Positions 57,622 to 64,000 of a stretch of DNA of 64,000 nt are shown one piece after another. Source of the DNA: Chloroflexota bacterium (lineage in GTDB: Bacteria; Chloroflexota; UBA11872; VXNJ01). The notes under the pieces were generated by a model. The model had not been told where the DNA came from, did no database searches, and was given only the letters and a program-made list of their open reading frames with translations. The position numbers were made by a program, and so were the translations under genes. The stretch covers positions 2,208,001 through 2,272,000 of the forward strand of contig OZ253449.1 of NCBI GenBank assembly GCA_965261345.1, in the 5' to 3' direction. Positions within the stretch are counted from its first letter, which is position 1; each line of letters starts with the position of its first letter.

Positions 57622-60057
57622 TTAGTCCGAATCGATCTGAACCGAAATGGACTGGGCGATTGAATCAATCGCTGAGCCAATGTGAATCTGGTGCGGGCCG
57701 CAGTGCAGCGTCCAGCCGCGCGTGCCGGGGTCCCAAAACGAGAACGACCGGTCATTGAATTCAAGCTCGACCGCTCCGGTTTCGCCGGGATCCAACTCGA
57801 TCCGGGCGAATGCCCCCAGTTCCCGGCGCGGGCGGAACACCGGCCCTGCCGGCGACTCAATATAAGCCTGGACCACCTGCGCGCCGCGGCGGTCTCCGTT
57901 GTTGGTCACGTCCACTTCAATCCGCAGGTAACCGCCCGGGCCGTGCGAGCAAATTCGTGGGTTCCCGATTTGGAAGGTTGTATAGGAAAGCCCGTGACCG
58001 AAGCGGTATCGGGCCGGCAGTTGGCGGGTGTCGAAATGGCGATAGCCCATCAACAATCCCTCGCCGTAGCGGACCTCGCCGGATTCGCCCGGAAAATTTC
58101 CAAATGAAGGCGAATGTTCGATCCGCAACGGGATGGTTGTCGGCAGTCGTCCGGATGGGTTGACAGCCCCGCTGATAACGTCGGTCAGGGCATTTGCCAA
58201 TTCCTGGCCGCCAAACCAGCATTGCAAGATCGCGGGTACGCTCTCGTCCCAGGCCATCGTCACCGGTGAGGCGGCATTGATAACCACCACGGTGTTGGGA
58301 TTGGCCTGGGCGACCCGCAAAATCAGTTCGTCCTGGCCACAGGGAAGGTTCATGTCGGGGCGGTCTACGCCCTCGCTCTCAAAGTCCTCGTTATTGCCAA
58401 CCACAACGATTGCGATATCGGCAGCGCGCGCCGATTTGACCGCGGCCTCGAGCATGTCGGCCGGCAGTGGCGGCCGCAACCCCACCCGGGCCGCCCGAAA
58501 CATGGGGGCGCCTTGCCCGAGATAATCGATGTGTATTTTGTGCTGTCCCGCGGACAGCACCAAATCCTCTATCGCCTCGATACTTCCAAACCCGAAATAA
58601 GACTCACCGGGTGGGAGCGGCGCATTGATACCGTCAATTACGACCTTGCCATCAACCGACACGCGGGTCTGCCCCACCTGGTAGAGCGACAGCTGGTAGG
58701 TTCCCGCAATATCTGCGTTAAATATCGCGCTGGCGCGGGCGCGGATCAACGACCCATTGGGATTGGGCGCAAAGTCCAAAAATTCCGACCGTGAAACCGT
58801 TTCGGTACGGCTTACCGCTCCGTCAGCGTCGAGATATTCAACCCTCATGCCCGCGCCTCCGTCCGGGGATTGCAGGTTGGGCGCCTCAATCGTCGGCAAG
58901 AATTTGCCGACCCAGACACCCGGCGAATATTCGACCGTGCTACCTGGTCCGAGCGCCGCTCGCAGGCTGCCGGGCAGATCGATCCGGTAATGTGGCTGTA
59001 GCTGCGCCGATCCGCCGCCGTAGAGCTGAAGGCGGCCGGCATTGTGGCCGATGAGGGCTACTTTTTTTCCGCCGGCCAGCGGCAATAGATCCCCATCATT
59101 TTTTAAAAGTACGATGGCCTCGGCCGCCGCCCGGCGAATGATCTGGCGATGTTCGGGCAGATCGACCTCGTTTTCATGGTCGATCATCGGGCCTTCAAAT
59201 CCACCGACCCGCTCGATCAGCTGCAGGATCCGGGAGGCTTGCTCATCGACCAACCCCGGATCGACGTCGCCAGTATCGACCGCGGCGGCCAACGCTGGAC
59301 CGAAAAATCGCGGCGGACCGGGCATCTCAACATCGAGCCCGGCGTTGGACGATTCGACCGTGTCGACGGCCGAAAACCAATCGGTCATGACGATCCCGTC
59401 GAACCCCCACTCCTCCCGGAGCAGGTCGCGCAAGAGCCACCCATTGGCGGTGCAGAAAGTGCCGTTGAGGCGGTTGTAGGCGGTCATGACCCCCCAGACA
59501 CCAGCTTCTTTAACTGCCGCTTCGAAGGGCGGCAGGTAGAGTTCGCGCAGGGTCCGCTCATCGATGACGGAGTTGATGGTCATGCGCTCGAACTCAGCGT
59601 CGTTTCCGACAAAATGCTTAATGACGCAGGCAACGCGTTCCGACTGGACGCCGCGGATGTATGCGACCGCCATCCTCGCCGAGAGGAAGGGGTCTTCCGA
59701 ATAGCATTCGAAATTCCGCCCGTAGAGCGGGGAGCGATGAAGGTTTACGGTCGGGGCCAGCAGAACCGAACAGGATTTGGTCTTGGATTCCTGGCCAAGT
59801 GCAACGCCGATCCGTTCAACCAGGGCCGGGTTCCAGGTCGCCCCCAGAGCCGATCCGCAGGGGAAGCACGCCGAAGTTTTGCCCAACCCGAATATGCCGG
59901 CACCGCGCGCGCCGTTGGGCCCGTCGGTAACTTTCAGGCCGGGAACGCCCAGGCGCTCTATTCCCTGCATGAACCACATTGATTCTCCGGATGTGAGGGC
60001 GGCCTTTTCCGCGATGGTCAGGGCGCGAACGATATCGGGGCGGGGTCGATTGTTCAC
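57622..60057 (-). CDS. GH3 beta-glucosidase with PA14 and fibronectin-III domains
   Basis: TDGPNGAR, GRNFECYSEDP, KHF, MTDW, VLLKN, ESEGxDR, PSGRLP and FGHGLSYT motifs. Confidence 0.94.
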   Translation of the reverse strand: MNNRPRPDIVRALTIAEKAALTSGESMWFMQGIERLGVPGLKVTDGPNGARGAGIFGLGKTSACFPCGSALGATWNPALVERIGVALGQESKTKSCSVLLAPTVNLHRSPLYGRNFECYSEDPFLSARMAVAYIRGVQSERVACVIKHFVGNDAEFERMTINSVIDERTLRELYLPPFEAAVKEAGVWGVMTAYNRLNGTFCTANGWLLRDLLREEWGFDGIVMTDWFSAVDTVESSNAGLDVEMPGPPRFFGPALAAAVDTGDVDPGLVDEQASRILQLIERVGGFEGPMIDHENEVDLPEHRQIIRRAAAEAIVLLKNDGDLLPLAGGKKVALIGHNAGRLQLYGGGSAQLQPHYRIDLPGSLRAALGPGSTVEYSPGVWVGKFLPTIEAPNLQSPDGGAGMRVEYLDADGAVSRTETVSRSEFLDFAPNPNGSLIRARASAIFNADIAGTYQLSLYQVGQTRVSVDGKVVIDGINAPLPPGESYFGFGSIEAIEDLVLSAGQHKIHIDYLGQGAPMFRAARVGLRPPLPADMLEAAVKSARAADIAIVVVGNNEDFESEGVDRPDMNLPCGQDELILRVAQANPNTVVVINAASPVTMAWDESVPAILQCWFGGQELANALTDVISGAVNPSGRLPTTIPLRIEHSPSFGNFPGESGEVRYGEGLLMGYRHFDTRQLPARYRFGHGLSYTTFQIGNPRICSHGPGGYLRIEVDVTNNGDRRGAQVVQAYIESPAGPVFRPRRELGAFARIELDPGETGAVELEFNDRSFSFWDPGTRGWTLHCGPHQIHIGSAIDSIAQSISVQIDSD

Positions 60058-60458
60058 GGTCGATATGCTCTTTTCTGGCTCATTGGATTCAATATCTAAG
60101 GGTTACAGGATGGCTCGTACATAAATTGTTGACTATTCGGATTCCAATTGCGTTGCAGAGAATGCCGGCCGGCCGGTCCTTTCCTGGATTGGTGATATTG
60201 CCGTCCATGGCAACCCTGAATCTTGCCGGCAATCGCCGGAGTTCTTTCCCTTGTTTTGCCAACTGCGTTCGATGTGGATCGGCTGCCATGTCGCACCAGT
60301 TGAACCCGGCACGATTGCTAACCGGGTCCAATTCTGGGATCACTGCTTAAGGTTCAACCGGTGCGGCGGCGCTTTGTGGCAAGTTGCTGGCATTCGCCGG
60401 CTCGGCCTAATTTCGGTCACCGGAAGTTCCGGTGCGGCGAGCGGTGCCGACCGTCTGC

Positions 60459-60898
60459 CGCCGCCGGGCCACGGCCATCAGGCACTGCACTGTGACAATC
60501 AGACATCGTCGGTGGTGCTGAACTACGGTGCCTGCAATTCGGTCTGGATGCTTGACGACTTCACCCCCGACAATGGTGCCACGCGTCTGGTGCCGGGAAC
60601 CCACCGGCTGCTGGCGCAGCCGCGCGATCATCTGGCCGACCCGCACCCGGGCCAGATATTGGCCCTCGGCCGGGCCGGCACGGTGATCGTTTTAAATGGC
60701 ATCATCTGGCACGGCGGCACCGCCAACCGCACCAGCCGGCCGCGGCGAGCCATCCACTCTTTCTGGCTGGCGCGCCAGATAGAGCAGCAGACCGACCAGG
60801 CACACTGGATTTCGCCCGCCGCTATCGCCGAATTGAGTCCGGCCCTGCGCTATTTGGTTCACGTATTGAACCGGCCGCCGGATCGCTGTGCAGTATAA
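60459..60898 (+). pseudogene. 3'-half copy of the phytanoyl-CoA dioxygenase gene
   Basis: Near-identical DNA to 61314 onward, with a 9-nt deletion (LAE) and no matching 5' half. Confidence 0.8.
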
Positions 60899-60976
60899 AC
60901 GACAATTACAATACTTGGGTCAGGTTGACATGGCCGCCGCCCGGCAGGCGCGCAACTTGAAGGTGGAGGGGCAGAG

Positions 60977-61732
60977 ATGGATACGAAGACAGCGTTGGCC
61001 GAACTGGGCGTTAACGATGAGGCGTTGACGGAGGAAGAAAAAAGGGAGCTCGACGAGCGGGGCTACGTGATTTTTGAAGATCTCTTCGGCGGTGAGCAAC
61101 TGGCTGCCATGCGGCAGCGATTTGATCGGGTGCTTGCGCTTGAGGGTGGCGACGGTAGGGAAGCTAATGCCGAGGCCAATGTCGGAAGACTGGCCAATCT
61201 CGTCGAAAAGGGCTCCGAATTTGCTACCTGTTACTCTCACCCCAAGGTTCTGGCCGCGATTTGGCACGTCATCGGCGGCGAGATGCATTTGGGCTCCCTC
61301 AATGGGCGCGCGGCGCCGCCGGGCCACGGCAATCAAGCACTGCACTGTGACAATCAAAAATCGGCGGTGGTGCTGAACTACGGTGCCTGCAATTCGCTCT
61401 GGATGCTTGACGACTTCACCCCCGACAACGGTGCCACGCGTCTGGTGCCGGGAACCCACCGGCTGGTGGCGCAGCCGGGCGATCATCTGGCCGACCCGCT
61501 GGCCGAGCACCCGGACCAGATATTGGCCCTCGGCCGGGCCGGGGCGGTGCTCGTTTTTAATGGCATCACCTGGCACGGCGGCACCGTCAACCGCACCAGC
61601 CGGCCGCGGCGAGCCATCCACTGTTTCTGGCTGGCGCGCCAGATTAAGCAGCAGCTGATCCAGGCTGATTGGCTCTCCCCGGCCACGATCGAAAACCTCT
61701 CACCGGCGGTCCGCTACGTCCTGCACGTATGA
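60977..61732 (+). CDS. Phytanoyl-CoA dioxygenase (PhyH) family Fe(II)/2OG oxygenase
   Basis: GGAGG SD; ERGYVI, LHCD (HxD), LDDFTxDNGAT..VPGTH and WHGG..N...R motifs. Confidence 0.93.
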   Translation: MDTKTALAELGVNDEALTEEEKRELDERGYVIFEDLFGGEQLAAMRQRFDRVLALEGGDGREANAEANVGRLANLVEKGSEFATCYSHPKVLAAIWHVIGGEMHLGSLNGRAAPPGHGNQALHCDNQKSAVVLNYGACNSLWMLDDFTPDNGATRLVPGTHRLVAQPGDHLADPLAEHPDQILALGRAGAVLVFNGITWHGGTVNRTSRPRRAIHCFWLARQIKQQLIQADWLSPATIENLSPAVRYVLHV

Positions 61733-61743
61733 ACTTAGCGGCT

Positions 61744-62122
61744 TTGGCTGAACGGGCTCACGTTTGCGTGATCGGGGCTGGGATCGTCTCGGGGCTTCGA
61801 TTGGCTACCACCTGGCCTGCGAGGACGTAGGCGATGTTGTGGTCGTGGATCGGTCGCCACTGCCTGGTTGGGGATCGAGCGGTTGCGCGGCAGGCGGGTT
61901 CAGGCTGCAATTTACGGACCCGGCCGATATCGCCTTTTCGCGCTGGAGCGCTTGCTGCGATTTGAACGCGACACCGGAGTCAGCCCGCAGCTTCGCCAGT
62001 ACGGATACGTGTTCTTGGCCCAGAGCCCGGCGCGCCTGGCTGCCCTGACGGCGATCAACGCCGCCCAGCGCGGCGCCGGCCTGACCGAAGCGGCGAGGCC
62101 GCTACGACCAGCTAAGGGTTAA
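61744..62122 (+). pseudogene. Frameshifted, truncated FAD-dependent oxidoreductase (sarcosine oxidase beta/DAO-like)
   Basis: MAERAHVCVIGAGIV / GASIGYHLA..VVVVDR..GSS..AAGGFRxQF / LxQYGYVFLA are found in three different frames. Confidence 0.8.
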
Positions 62123-62419
62123 TCGCATCCGCAAATGTTATGGCCTGCGTTCGTATTGCCGCAGGCGCAAAGACCGCGGGCTGCTGCAGCCGCGCGCGAT
62201 GGCCGCGCGGCTGGGGATCCCGGTTGGTTCGCTGGGATACTGGCGACGCCGAGACCGGCTGATCGGCCACGTTGCCGACGATAGAGGCATGCGGCTCTAG
62301 GAGTGGCCCGACAATACGCCGGTCCCGCCCACCCGGAAACCAAGGAAGGAAGGTCGCGACAACGACGCCGTTGTCGTCGACATGATCAGCGAGGTGCAGT
62401 GTGCAACCTGAGTTTTGGT

Positions 62420-63187
62420 CTGCGGCCTTCGGGCATGGATGAACTTCTGGCGCGCGCCCATGGCGGCGACCATCCTCCCGAACTGGTGGGCCCTGAACTC
62501 AAGAGCCGTCGTCGGTCATGACGGCTTCGAGCTGCCAGCCCCGGGCCGACGGATCCCTGGCCACCCTGCGCGCCGGTCTGGACGTCCAGCGGGCGGACGG
62601 ATTGCGCGGGGTTAGGTGCAGCTCGGCCCAGAGGTAGGAGGAAGCAACGTCGATGGCGCTGTGCCGCCACAGGGTGCCCCCGGTGCCGGAGAGGAGGCTG
62701 ATTTGGAAGCAATCAAATTGCACCAGCGCGCCGGGACGATCGACAGGTGGCGCTCGGGTTCCGGTTCGGGACGCTGCGGTCCCGGCGGGGCGGCAGAGCC
62801 GGCCACCAGCGCCAGGCGCCTGGCGCGGTCGCTGCGCCCATGGCGCTTCAGCACCCGCCGGACGCCGGCGGCCGAGACCCGTAGCCCGCCCCACTCCGCA
62901 CGTTGCGGCTCGGCCGCGGGCCGGACCGGTCCCAGGCCGGGGTTGCCGCTCGCGAACGCCACGATGCGCTGCTCGAACAAGGGTGAGATGGAGTTCGGCA
63001 TCTGCGCGCGGCGGCGCTCTCGGGGGCGCAGGAGGCCGGGGCCGTAGCTATCGGCCCGGGACTTCCAGCGGTAGAAGGCGGAGTGATGTATCCCGATTAC
63101 CCGGCGGGCGTCCCTGACGCTGCCGATTCCCCTGGCCAATGCCAAAGTGCGCAGGCGGTAGCGGTATATTGCGTCTTCGGGGGTCAT
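62420..63187 (-). mobile_element. IS481-family transposase remnant (frameshifted, 3'-truncated)
   Basis: HTH region (FYRWK..YGxxxL), RPGxLVQFD and AIDxASxY, TDxGSEF, FI..RRPQT motifs are spread over several frames and truncated before the NG..ER motif. Confidence 0.85.
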
Positions 63188-63289
63188 GCAAAGAGGCCTT
63201 TGCTGCGTTTGGTTTCACAGCAGAATGCCTTGCGTGGCCCCTACGAAATCAGGTGCTGACCTGTCGCAGGTACTCGGAAATAGGGCGGC

Positions 63290-64000
63290 CTAGGCGAGCG
63301 CCAGTTTGCGGTGCCGCCGATCGTATGTCGAGGCCAGCTTGACCAGCAGGGCCTTTCGCATTCGGCCCAGCGCGGGGGCATGGGCCGGATCGCCGGCCAG
63401 GTTGACATGCTCGCCGGGGTCAGCCTTGCGGTCGTAGAGGATCTCGTTGCCCTCGCCGTCAATCCAGTACTTGTTTAGTTTGTCGATGAGCGTGAGCACC
63501 GAGAATCCGCCCAGCGAATCGCGGGTGGCGCCGGGAACCGCGTAGCCAATCTGCGCATTGCCGGGATCGAAGTACTCCACCAGCACACTGTCCTTGCCCG
63601 GTCCGTCGGCACTGGCGAGCTGCCCCCAAAGCGAGGCCCCGTCGACCGGCGCCGGGATCGGCAGCGAGAGGGCCTCCAGCAGGGTGGGCACGAGATCTAC
63701 AGCTTCGAAGAATCCGTCAAATGTTCGCCCGCCGGGCAGGCCACCCGGCCAGCGCCAGACCATCGGTACGTGCAGGCAGGAATCGTAGTGGGCCTGGTGC
63801 TTGCCCATGGTGTAGTTGTCGCCACAGGCGTCGCCGTGATCTGAGTAGTAGACCACGATCGTGTTGTCGAGTTGGCCGGAGCGCCGCAAATGCTCGATCA
63901 CGCGCCCGCAATGGTGATCGACCATCGTGCAGGAAGCATAGTAGTACCGTCGGAATTGGATTACCTCTTCCTCCATGCGCGGAAGCAGGCGCTCGGCGAT
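63290..64000 (-). CDS. Sulfatase, C-terminal part (5' end outside the window)
   Basis: YYA..TMVD, NTIVVYYSDHG, VDLVPT and LYD..DPxEHxNLA motifs. Confidence 0.88.
   Translation of the reverse strand: MAERLLPRMEEEVIQFRRYYYASCTMVDHHCGRVIEHLRRSGQLDNTIVVYYSDHGDACGDNYTMGKHQAHYDSCLHVPMVWRWPGGLPGGRTFDGFFEAVDLVPTLLEALSLPIPAPVDGASLWGQLASADGPGKDSVLVEYFDPGNAQIGYAVPGATRDSLGGFSVLTLIDKLNKYWIDGEGNEILYDRKADPGEHVNLAGDPAHAPALGRMRKALLVKLASTYDRRHRKLALA

Noticed and set aside
60251-60458. N-terminal extension making a 215-aa novel PhyH fusion
   Set aside because: The upstream part has atypical composition and no clear SD; more likely a fortuitous open frame in front of the truncated copy.

Overview
GC-rich bacterial chromosomal segment. 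It probably comes from a Chloroflexota-like heterotroph, and the LRR surface protein, sulfatase/PhyH paralogues and IS types suggest a sponge- or marine-host-associated MAG; this lineage and habitat call is inference only. Most of the window is housekeeping (trpS, gltX, valS, nth, pyrE, pdp, hemW, rdgB, rsmA, pth, mfd, topA, dinG, tatA, tRNA-Gln, tRNA-Lys) and catabolic genes (four sulfatases, two SMP-30 lactonases, an enolase-family dehydratase, GH4, GH3, SDR, sulfite oxidase, PhyH). Five things stand out. (1) An intact 2448-bp IS1595-family passenger-carrying transposon (2000-4447, imperfect TIRs, 8-bp TSD AATGCAAC) inserted exactly at the start codon of a GYD gene; it carries four unknown ORFs and an about 90-nt structured RNA-like element. 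(2) An about 270-nt, densely base-paired intergenic region between topA and dinG that looks like an unannotated large ncRNA. (3) A SRAP + split ImuB + DnaE2 mutagenesis cassette with no imuA beside it. (4) Apparent CTG initiation codons (pdp, valS, an amidohydrolase) and in-frame uORFs abutting topA and valS. (5) A deacetylase-GT2-YkoP triple fusion next to tRNA-Lys. The right end is a decaying zone with a partial PhyH duplicate and frameshifted oxidoreductase and IS481 remnants. No CRISPR array, rRNA, prophage or reverse transcriptase was seen. All family assignments come from motif recognition, not database searches.
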